DNA from: Gemmatimonadales bacterium | GTDB lineage: Bacteria; Gemmatimonadota; Gemmatimonadetes; Gemmatimonadales; GWC2-71-9 | Direction of reading: 5' to 3' | Assembly (NCBI GenBank): GCA_965249575.1 | Contig: OZ252244.1 | Coordinates: 736,001 to 800,000, forward strand | Length of the DNA: 64,000 nt | Shown: piece after piece, positions 9,176-17,353 of the stretch | How the letters are laid out: each line of letters starts with the position of its first letter | Numbering within the stretch: the stretch's first letter is position 1 | The notes under the pieces: generated by a model | Told to the model about the DNA's origin: nothing | The model's database searches: none | What the model saw: only the letters and a program-made list of their open reading frames with translations | Position numbers and translations under genes: made by a program

Positions 9176-10297
9176 CTATGCGGGGGTAATTCGTCCCAAC
9201 ACGCGCGGGCCCTGGGCTCCCGTGGCCGAGTGAACGTTCCCGGGCTGGCCCTCCAAGGTCAACCACCCCAACAGCGCGAATGCCACGGCCTCCTTCGCGT
9301 CACCACTAAAGAATTCCCTCTCGAACAATTGGATGTTCCGCCCCGGTAGCGCCGCGATCAGCTCCGCGATCAGCGTATCGTTGTGCGCCCCGCCGCCCGA
9401 GACCAGGACATCGCAGCCGCGTTCGTCGGGCAGCCACCGCCGGAGTTGCCCGGCGACTGCGGTACTCACGAATCGAACGGCCGTGGCGATACAGTCATCG
9501 CCCGTAGCATCGGGATGCCGGTCGGACACCAGCTCGATGAGACGGGCCCCGGCGTCTTCGCCGAACAGCTCCCGACCGGTGCTTTTGGGCGGCGGCGCGT
9601 CGAAGTAAGCATGCTCGAGCAGCTCGCCCACGACTTCTTCGACCGCGGTTCCACGCTTGGCCCGCTTCCCCCCGTCGTCGTAGGCGACGGCGGGGTCTAC
9701 GCGCCGTACGACCGCGTCGATCAGGGCACCAGCGGGGCCGGCATCGAAGGCCGTCACGTCGTCACCGTATCCGCGCCGTCGGACCCAGGTGGCGTTGGCG
9801 ATGCCACCCAGGTTCAAGAGAATTCGGGGGTGCTCCGGGTGTCCGAAAAGGAAAACGTCGGCTGCCGGCACCAGGGGTGCACCCTGTCCACCCGCGGCGA
9901 TGTCACGGCTGCGAAAGTCGCTCACGACGCGCACGCCAAGCCGCTCTGCAATGATCGCTGGGTCACCGAGCTGGAGCGTTGCCCGGCCAGCCTCGTGCCA
10001 TACGGTCTGGCCGTGCGAGGCCACGAACGAGAGCTCGTCCGGCTCGAGCCCGACCCGCTCGAGTATCGCGGCCGCCGCGGCCGCGAAGCGCTCACCGAGG
10101 ACCACGTTCAGCAGTGCGATGTCGCGGGCGGTACCACCGTGGATCGACTCGAGGACGGCTCTCCGCTCCGGCGGCGAATACGGGTCGATACGAAACGACA
10201 GCAGCTCGACCGAGTCCCGCGAATCGATTTGCACCAGCGCTGCATCTACGCCGTTGACAGACGTTCCCGACATCAATCCAACGGCCACGTCGCTCAC
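9176..10297 (-). CDS. anmK: Anhydro-N-acetylmuramic acid kinase
   Basis: GLMSGTS, SHGQTVWH, DFRSRDIAAGGQGAPLVP, KSTGRE, KEAVAFA. Confidence 0.95.
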   Translation of the reverse strand: MSDVAVGLMSGTSVNGVDAALVQIDSRDSVELLSFRIDPYSPPERRAVLESIHGGTARDIALLNVVLGERFAAAAAAILERVGLEPDELSFVASHGQTVWHEAGRATLQLGDPAIIAERLGVRVVSDFRSRDIAAGGQGAPLVPAADVFLFGHPEHPRILLNLGGIANATWVRRRGYGDDVTAFDAGPAGALIDAVVRRVDPAVAYDDGGKRAKRGTAVEEVVGELLEHAYFDAPPPKSTGRELFGEDAGARLIELVSDRHPDATGDDCIATAVRFVSTAVAGQLRRWLPDERGCDVLVSGGGAHNDTLIAELIAALPGRNIQLFEREFFSGDAKEAVAFALLGWLTLEGQPGNVHSATGAQGPRVLGRITPA

Positions 10298-11220
10298 GAA
10301 ACGACCTCCGGCGGATCACCCACCACACGCCGGACCACACCGTCGGCTTCGTCCAGAAGGTGCCGGGCCTGGCCGGGATCGACGCGTCGCCGCACCATCA
10401 CGATGGCGACCTTCACGCTCCCCCCGGCCGCCGCGATGGCCGTTCGTGCCGCCGTTCGATCCACCCCACCGACCTCCATCACGATGCGATCCGCGCGGTC
10501 GCGCAGTTTGTCGCTGATCGCCGTCAGGTCTACCATCAGGTTCCCGTACGCCTTTCCGAGCCGGATCATCGCCGTGGTGGTGATCGCATTGAGCACGAGT
10601 TTCGTTGCGGTGCCGGCTTTCAATCGCGTTGATCCGGTAAGGGCCTCGGGACCGACGCGTGGCGAGACGATGACATCGCACGTTTCCGCGAGGAGCCTCG
10701 GTGGATCAGTACACGTCACCAGCACGCTCTTCGCTCCGTGCGTTTGCGCGCGTCCGAGTGCCGCGCGCACGTACGGGGTCGTGCCGCTCGCCGCGATGCC
10801 AATCACGACGTCCCGCGAGGACACGCCACGCTCGTCCATGGCCGCCACACCGGCGGTGACGTCGTCTTCGGCTCCCTCGCGGCTTCGCACCAGAGAGGGC
10901 ACGCCACCGGCGATCACGCCCACCACCATATCGGGATGTGTGCCGAAGGTCGGCGGACACTCCGCGGCGTCCAGCACGCCAAGCCGCCCGCTCGTCCCGG
11001 CGCCGACATAAATGAGCCGGCCGCCGGAACGAAACGCCTCGAGTACGAGCTCGACCGCCTGCGCGATCTCCGTGCGGCAGGCGCGCACGGCATCGGGGAC
11101 GGTACGGTCCTCCGCATTCAGCATCTCGACGATCTCGAGCGTCGACGCAGCATCGATCCGAGTGGTGACCGGGTTGCGATGCTCCGTCAGTCTGGGATCG
11201 ACGAAATCAGGACCGGGCAT
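10294..11220 (-). CDS. murQ: N-acetylmuramic acid 6-phosphate etherase
   Basis: TEHRN, GAGTSGRLGVLDAAECPPTF, GPEALTGSTRLKAGTA; ATG 11220 with GGAGG RBS. Confidence 0.95.
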   Translation of the reverse strand: MPGPDFVDPRLTEHRNPVTTRIDAASTLEIVEMLNAEDRTVPDAVRACRTEIAQAVELVLEAFRSGGRLIYVGAGTSGRLGVLDAAECPPTFGTHPDMVVGVIAGGVPSLVRSREGAEDDVTAGVAAMDERGVSSRDVVIGIAASGTTPYVRAALGRAQTHGAKSVLVTCTDPPRLLAETCDVIVSPRVGPEALTGSTRLKAGTATKLVLNAITTTAMIRLGKAYGNLMVDLTAISDKLRDRADRIVMEVGGVDRTAARTAIAAAGGSVKVAIVMVRRRVDPGQARHLLDEADGVVRRVVGDPPEVVS

Positions 11221-11274
11221 TGAATCACCCTCCGAGGGCTGAGTAATTTCCACCAGGCATTCACTGGGGTCAAC

Positions 11275-12965
11275 GTGGACAACATGCACCGATGGCTTCC
11301 CGCCCGGCACCGATGGTTCGTGGCGACCGGCGTCGCGCTCCTCACCAGCCTCCAGCCGAGCACTGGGTTGGGTCAAGCCGCGGCAGGCGCGGGCGCGGCC
11401 GGGATTCCAGCGACGTGGCCGCTGGCTGGCCAGGCACGGCCGGTCGTTGGCGGTTCCGCGATGGTGGTTTCGATCAGCCCAATCGCTACCGACGTGGGGC
11501 TCGACGTGCTGCGGCAGGGAGGTAACGCCGTCGACGCGGCCGTGGCGGTGGGATTCGCCCTGGCGGTGGTGCATCCATCGGCCGGAAACCTGGGTGGTGG
11601 CGGCTTCATGGTGATCCGAACAGCCGATGGTGCCACCAGAACGCTGGACTACCGAGAAACCGCCCCAGCTGGGGCGACGTCGGACATGTACCTCGACCCC
11701 GAGGGCAACGTAACGGACCGGGGCGTAATCGGTCACCTCGCAGCCGGCGTCCCCGGAAGCGTAGCAGGACTCGCCGAGGCCGCGGCCCGATACGGCCACC
11801 TGCCGCTCCCCCAGCTGGTCCAACCGGCGATCCGCTTGGCGCGGCTCGGCTTCGTGGTAGACGAGTACCGGAGCCGGTCCATCGCGCTCGCCCGAGGCCG
11901 CCTCAAGCGTTTCCCGTCTTCGGCCCGCCAGTTCCTCCCCGGTGGAGCGCCACCGGCCAACGGGGACACGCTGCGACAGCCCGATCTGGCGCGCACGCTG
12001 GAGGCCATTTCGCACGCCGGGGCAGCTGTTTTTTACTCGGGCGCTGTGGCGGCTCTGATCGCAGCGGAGATGGAGCGGGGGGGAGGGTTGATCACGAAGC
12101 GGGACCTGGCGGCCTACCGCCCGATCTGGCGGGAACCGATCACCATCGATTATCGAGGTCATACGATCTACTCGATGCCCCCGGCAAGCTCAGGCGGGGT
12201 CACGCTGGGAGAGATACTGAATACACTGGAGGGTTATACCCCTCTCCAACCGTTCGGCACTCCAAATCACGCCCACGTCACCGCCGAAGCCATGCGCCGT
12301 GCCTTTTTTGACCGCAACCGCTTCCTCGGCGATCCGGCGTTCGTCGAGATGCCGCTCGAACGACTGCTATCGAAAGACTACGCCGCCGAGTTACGAGCGA
12401 CCATCGACACCCTGCGGGCGACGCCGACACGGGCTCTCCCGTCCGCGGACGGAGGCGGGAACCAGACGACGCACTACTCCATCGTCGATCCCGCCGGCAA
12501 CGCGGTGAGCGTCACGACCACGCTCAATTCGAGCTACGGAAGCGCCCTGACGGTCTCATTCAAGGGGAGGCCAACACCATCGAGCCGGGAAAGCGAATGC
12601 TCTCGGCAATGACACCTACCATCGTGCTCGACCCAGACGGAAGCCTCATGATGGTGGTGGGAACGCCCGGCGGCCCGACGATCATCACGACGGTAGCCCA
12701 AGTGATCTCCAATGTCATCGATCACGGGATGTCGCTTCCCAACGCGGTGAGCGCGCCGCGCATCCACCACCAGTCCCTTCCCGACCAGATCTACTTCGAG
12801 AATGGCGGGCTGGCACCCGAAGCCGTAGCCGCTCTCGAGGCCCTGGGTCATAAGGTCCTCGAGCGAGGTGGATATAGCGGTCAGGTCGCTGCCATTCTTC
12901 GCGGACCCGAGGGATGGGTGGGCGTCGCAGATCCACGAGGGGCAGGGAGCGCGGGGGGATTCTGA
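11275..12965 (+). pseudogene. ggt: Gamma-glutamyltransferase with internal deletion and frameshift
   Basis: GGNAVDAA, GGGGF, DYRETAP, TTHYS..TTTLN in the first frame; GEANTIEPGKRMLSAMTPT, GTPGG, GVADPR in a second frame; the GFLLNNEMDDF-type segment is absent. Confidence 0.85.
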
Positions 12966-12970
12966 CCAGA

Positions 12971-12999
12971 CGGGGCGGGACGCGATGCGTCCCGCCCCG
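12971..12999. terminator. Perfect GC hairpin between convergent genes
   Basis: CGGGGCGGGACGC-GAT-GCGTCCCGCCCCG, 13-bp stem, no U-tract. Confidence 0.6.
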
Positions 13000-13024
13000 A
13001 TTGCCATCCGCGCTTACGGCTGGA

Positions 13025-13813
13025 TCAGATCAGTTCTTCGAGCAGGAACGGCGCGGTGAGGACGATCCGCACCAGCGCGCCCGCCGGGAGGATGATGTCG
13101 ATATCACGGGTCGCGGCCGCATATCCCACGCCGGCGGCTGCGCCAGCGGCGGCGCCGATCGCCGTGCCCTTCTTGTTTCCCCCGAGAAGCCGACCGGCGA
13201 TAGCGCCGATGACGGCTCCAGCCCCGACCTTGACGGCCTCGCCCCCAGTCACCCCGCGGCCTTTCATGTACGCCGCCAGCGTGTCCACTCGCGCCTGGAC
13301 GGCATACGTCTTCCCACCAAAGGCAACGCGATTGAATGTGAGAACCATGCGGCCCTCTCCTCCGGGTGATTCCGCAGGCTCGATGTCAGATATCGTCCCG
13401 CTAAAGACCGCCCCGGCGGGGATGACCGCATAGCCGTCTGCGTCCAGCACGTCCACACCCGCCACCGCCGTGACCGGCTCACCCTTCTCGTGGTGGCGCG
13501 AGGTGAGCGTGTCGGTCGCATAGAGTTCCACCACCGTTCCTTGCTCGACGGTCGGGATGCCCGGAGGCTCGGGTTCGGGGGCGCGCTCTGGGGGAGGCGG
13601 AGGGGGCGGCTCCCGCCTGGGTTGCGGAGCCGGCGGCCGCGGCCGAGGCTGCTCGGGCGGCCGGTCGTCGAGCTGCGCAACGGACTCGGCAGGCGCCAGG
13701 CTCAAATCCCGCGCCAACTCGGCGTCACCTGGTGAGCCCGACTGGGTATCGCCGCCGCAGGCGGCGAGGAACGCGAGACCTAACGTCAGTAGCGCGACAC
13801 GACTGGGCGACAT
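13025..13813 (-). CDS. Lipoprotein with Pro-rich linker and glycine-zipper C-terminus
   Basis: Lipobox LAAC after MSPSRVALLTLGLAF; GAGAVIGAIAG..GAAAGAAAG. Confidence 0.75.
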   Translation of the reverse strand: MSPSRVALLTLGLAFLAACGGDTQSGSPGDAELARDLSLAPAESVAQLDDRPPEQPRPRPPAPQPRREPPPPPPPERAPEPEPPGIPTVEQGTVVELYATDTLTSRHHEKGEPVTAVAGVDVLDADGYAVIPAGAVFSGTISDIEPAESPGGEGRMVLTFNRVAFGGKTYAVQARVDTLAAYMKGRGVTGGEAVKVGAGAVIGAIAGRLLGGNKKGTAIGAAAGAAAGVGYAAATRDIDIILPAGALVRIVLTAPFLLEELI

Positions 13814-13906
13814 GAAGCACCTCCACAGGATCACGTAGCTGCACAGAGACTACCCCAACGACCTGCCTTGGAAGGCTCATGACGTCTCAAGAACGGCGCA
13901 AGTGCC

Positions 13907-14635
13907 CTACAAGCGGCTACGCAGGAATTCCGGGGTGAGGGCCTGGAGCCAGCCAGCCAATATCGTGAAGTAGCCGCTAGCGAGCAGCAGGCCCACAAAC
14001 ACCATGATGCCGCCTGCGAGCTTGGTCGTGAGCGGAATGAAGCGTCGGTATTTCTTGAACCACTCGATGAAGTGTTCGACCGCAAACGCGCTGATAAGGA
14101 AAGGGACGGCAAGACCGGCGGCGTACGCCGCGAGGAGCAGGATCCCGCGACCCAGGTCTGCCTGAGAGCCGGTGAAGAGAAGGATCGAACCCAAGATCGG
14201 GCCGATGCACGGCGTCCAGCCGGCGCCAAACGCCACACCCACCAGCGCACTCCCCAAATATCCCACCGGCTTGTCCTGCAGATGGACTCGACGCTCACGC
14301 GCCAACGGACCGAATTGGAACACACCAGCGAGGTATAGCCCAAACAGCACGATCAGGCCCCCGCCGATTCGCTCGAGCCACACCTGGTGGTAGTTGAGCA
14401 GACGTCCAAACACGGTGGCCGTCGCCCCCAACGCCATGAAAATGAGCGAGAAGCCCGCGACGAACAGTAATGCGTGGCGAAACGCGAGCCACCGTCGCTC
14501 CCCCAACTCGTCGAGTGAGAGACCCGTGATAAACGAGACGTAGCTCGGGATGAGCGGGAGGACACACGGCGAGAGGAAACTGAGGATCCCGGCCCCGAAG
14601 GCCAGCGTCAAACCCACCGATTCCGTACCGGCCAT
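13907..14635 (-). CDS. ccdA: Cytochrome c biogenesis / thiol-disulfide transporter CcdA
   Basis: SFLSPCVLPLIP and GWTPCIGPILG. Confidence 0.92.
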   Translation of the reverse strand: MAGTESVGLTLAFGAGILSFLSPCVLPLIPSYVSFITGLSLDELGERRWLAFRHALLFVAGFSLIFMALGATATVFGRLLNYHQVWLERIGGGLIVLFGLYLAGVFQFGPLARERRVHLQDKPVGYLGSALVGVAFGAGWTPCIGPILGSILLFTGSQADLGRGILLLAAYAAGLAVPFLISAFAVEHFIEWFKKYRRFIPLTTKLAGGIMVFVGLLLASGYFTILAGWLQALTPEFLRSRL

Positions 14636-14644
14636 ACGAGGGCC

Positions 14645-15598
14645 TTACTCCGCTCCGGCTGTGGTGTTCCCCTCGATGCACAGCGCCCGCAGGCCGACGA
14701 GCTTGTACGCCAGCTTGGCCGCGAGAAAATCCGGTGCAACTAATCCCGGGATCGGCGCGAGCTCGACGATATCGCATCCGACGACGCGCCGCTCGCGAAA
14801 CACGCGCTCGAGCAGCGCAGTGGCTGCGGGCCACGATGCCCCGCCGGGCTCGGGCGTGCCGGTCGCCGGCATGATCGCGGGATCGAAGAAGTCCACATCG
14901 ATCGTCACGTACACGTCGGGTTCGAGTGCGCCTACGACCCGATCCAGCCAGCCGGACTCGTTGAGCTCGTGCGCGAAAACCGTCGGGATGGCAGCACGCC
15001 GCATGAGTGCGCGCTCCCCGGATGTGAGAGACCGGACGCCAACCGGCACGATGGGTACCCGTTGGTAGACGCGGTGCATCACGCACGCGTGAGAGTACGG
15101 CGTGCCCTCGTATTCAGCGCGCAGGTCGGCGTGCGCATCGAGTTGAAGCACGGACACGCGGCGCCCATCCCGCCGGTCGGCATGCGCCAGGATTGGCGCC
15201 TCGGACAGGCTGTGCTCGCCACCGATGAGGATGACGAACTTCCCATCTTCTAGTAGCGCATCCATCACCCCACGCAGCACGGCGAGCGCGTCCTGCGGTG
15301 CGGAGAGCGGCAGTTCGAGCTCGGGGAGCGTGTGGACCCCGACGCGATACGGCTCCGTATCGAGTTCGTGATCGTAGAGCTCCACGTAGCGAGACGCGTG
15401 CAATAGCGCTCGCGGCCCGAACCGGGTGCCACCGATATACGAGACGGTCGCCTCGTACGGGACGGGGAGCATTACAACTTCGGCCGTCTTGAAGCTCGAG
15501 CCGTCTTGGGGAAGGCCGAGGAAGGTGTCCGGCGCTCCCCACGGCGCGCTACGGAGCGACGGTGGGTCCGCGTCTCCCAGTCCTCGGAGTTCGTTCAC
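14645..15598 (-). CDS. speB: Agmatinase
   Basis: GGEHS, DAHADL, SHAC, TIDVDFFDP, TGTPEPGG; GTG start overlaps the upstream stop. Confidence 0.9.
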   Translation of the reverse strand: MNELRGLGDADPPSLRSAPWGAPDTFLGLPQDGSSFKTAEVVMLPVPYEATVSYIGGTRFGPRALLHASRYVELYDHELDTEPYRVGVHTLPELELPLSAPQDALAVLRGVMDALLEDGKFVILIGGEHSLSEAPILAHADRRDGRRVSVLQLDAHADLRAEYEGTPYSHACVMHRVYQRVPIVPVGVRSLTSGERALMRRAAIPTVFAHELNESGWLDRVVGALEPDVYVTIDVDFFDPAIMPATGTPEPGGASWPAATALLERVFRERRVVGCDIVELAPIPGLVAPDFLAAKLAYKLVGLRALCIEGNTTAGAE

Positions 15599-16155
15599 CC
15601 GCAGAAGACCAGGGCGGACACGACCGTTACCCATCGTCCATCGTCCTGCGCTTCCGCGGTGCAGCTGATATTGGTCGTCTTGACGATTTCCCCAGACAGC
15701 AGCCACTGCTCCTTGCGCTGATCCCACGCCTGTTCCGGATCGAACGGCACGCCCAGGACGGTCGCAAGCATGCTCGCCGCAAGGTCCTCCGCGTAATCAC
15801 CAGCGGGGTGTTGCCGCTGCCCGAACGTATGGTGCTCGGAGATATAGCCGTGGTGGTTGGGATCGGCGGGAATCGCGAGCCCAATCGAGGCCGCTGCCAG
15901 GCGAGAGGGCTCGTTTGTCGAGGCCTGAGCGACGACAGCGAACACGACCTGGCCGGGAGATAGCAACCGGTTGCCATGATCCCACGACACGATCTGACAG
16001 TGCGGTGGAAAGATGGAGCTAACTCGCACTAGGTTGTATTGCGCTATTCGTGCGTCCCGCAGCGCCAGCTCGAAGCTCGTGAGCTTCTCCTTGTCCCGTC
16101 CGACGCCCTTACTCAAGAACGCCTTCGTCGGCATGAACCGCTTGGGATCAATCAC
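15595..16155 (-). CDS. pdaD: Pyruvoyl-dependent arginine decarboxylase
   Basis: SFELALRDA, YNLVRVSSIFPP (Ser-Ser autocleavage), GYISEHH; adjacent to agmatinase. Confidence 0.88.
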   Translation of the reverse strand: MIDPKRFMPTKAFLSKGVGRDKEKLTSFELALRDARIAQYNLVRVSSIFPPHCQIVSWDHGNRLLSPGQVVFAVVAQASTNEPSRLAAASIGLAIPADPNHHGYISEHHTFGQRQHPAGDYAEDLAASMLATVLGVPFDPEQAWDQRKEQWLLSGEIVKTTNISCTAEAQDDGRWVTVVSALVFCG

Positions 16156-16167
16156 CCAACGACCCTC

Positions 16168-16662
16168 TCACTGAGGTGATACCCGTGCGTGGAGCGTCCC
16201 CGCCTCGCGTCGCTGACAGTCGCGACAGATACCGTAGATCTCCAGCCGGTGGTGGTGATACCAAAAGCCGTACTCGTCGGCAATGAGCGATTTCATTCGC
16301 TCCAGTCGCTCGCTTGAAAACTCGACTACCTTGCCACAACTGAGGCAAATGAGATGTTCGTGGTGGCTCTTCGCGACCAGGGGCTCATATCGCTTGAATC
16401 CTTCACCGAAGTCGAGCTCCTGCACCAGCCCGGCACGCAATAGCAGGTCGAGAGTCCGATAGATCGTCGCTTTGCCAGCGGCCACATGCCGTTCCTGAAG
16501 GCCCCGCTCGATGTCGCCCACCGAGAGGTGGGCGTCCGCGAAGAAGACGAGCGAGGCGATCGCCACCCGCTGGTGCGTAATCGGCAGATTGTGGTCGCTA
16601 AGGTGCCGCCGAAAACGATCCAATAGCGCCTTGCCGTCAACCTTGGGTGGCGGACTGGTCAT
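16168..16662 (-). CDS. Fur-family transcriptional regulator
   Basis: THQR, ATIYRTL, HHEHLICLSCG, C-terminal CRDC; ATG 16662 with GGAGG. Confidence 0.92.
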   Translation of the reverse strand: MTSPPPKVDGKALLDRFRRHLSDHNLPITHQRVAIASLVFFADAHLSVGDIERGLQERHVAAGKATIYRTLDLLLRAGLVQELDFGEGFKRYEPLVAKSHHEHLICLSCGKVVEFSSERLERMKSLIADEYGFWYHHHRLEIYGICRDCQRREAGTLHARVSPQ

Positions 16663-17047
16663 TCGCCTCCTGGTACCAAAGCGAAGGGGAGACCGACACC
16701 GCAGGGTCCCCGTCACCGGATCGTTGCTGGACACCGATCATGATCTGGTGAATCAACTCCGCCGGTCCCGCCCCCACTTCGCGTACCTCCGCTCGCTCCT
16801 GTCCTCGTTCCCGCCCCCGCGTCACCCGCATGAACTGAGCGGTGTAGATCCGTATCCGGTCATGAGCTACTCGGTGCGAGATGACCGCGGTTCCCCACTC
16901 GCGTCCGTCGCGGTACACGGCGGGGAAAACCCAAATGGCGTCTATCTCCGACGGTGGTACTCGATCCGCGACGAGAGCTGCGAGCCTGAGCCAGCCCGAG
17001 CCGAGGCCCTGGTCGGGCTGGCGTTCGAGCGCCGAATCTAGCACCAC
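16637..17047 (-). CDS. Hypothetical protein
   Basis: 136-aa ORF with globular-looking sequence (REWGTAV, RIYTA) overlapping the fur start. Confidence 0.65.
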   Translation of the reverse strand: MVLDSALERQPDQGLGSGWLRLAALVADRVPPSEIDAIWVFPAVYRDGREWGTAVISHRVAHDRIRIYTAQFMRVTRGRERGQERAEVREVGAGPAELIHQIMIGVQQRSGDGDPAVSVSPSLWYQEANDQSATQG

Positions 17048-17353
17048 GCCATACGGGAGGGATACCTGCTCGTGGAATCCGTACGCTCGAGCGCGGTTCG
17101 CAAACGTCGCCGGTAATACCCGGCAAGTCTCGTCGCTCTAGCTACCCATGCGGTCCCAAGAGCGGTCACGAGACTTCGCGCTGGCAGTACCTGTGTCGGC
17201 ATCGGGCGCCTTTCGGTGGGATTCGAGTAGGCCCTTGGCCTAGTGGTCGTCGCACAACTTAGGGGGCATGAGAAGGGGTTTCAACCCGAGGCATGGGGTA
17301 AGGGAATCAGTGGTTGCCGCCTAGTGGTAGGCGGAATTTCGCGACGAAGTATT

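Noticed and set aside
9383..11011. 542-aa plus-strand ORF and similar long antisense ORFs (e.g. 42784-44136, 49298-50653, 54956-56488)
   Set aside because: Antisense shadows of well-supported genes, expected in high-GC DNA; no recognisable motifs.
11221..12162. Apparent ~310-aa N-terminal extension of MurQ
   Set aside because: Antisense to ggt; ATG 11220 has a good RBS and gives a normal MurQ length.
12541..12612. ggt as a naturally split two-subunit gene or programmed frameshift
   Set aside because: The break lies after the catalytic Thr, not at the autocleavage site; conserved residues are missing in every frame and there is no slippery site.
17085..17185. Assignment as yybP-ykoY riboswitch or 6S RNA
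   Set aside because: Only short resemblances (GAGACTTGCCGG, AATAC loop); the GGGGAGTAG start is absent and the shape is not a long 6S rod. Kept as an unassigned structure.
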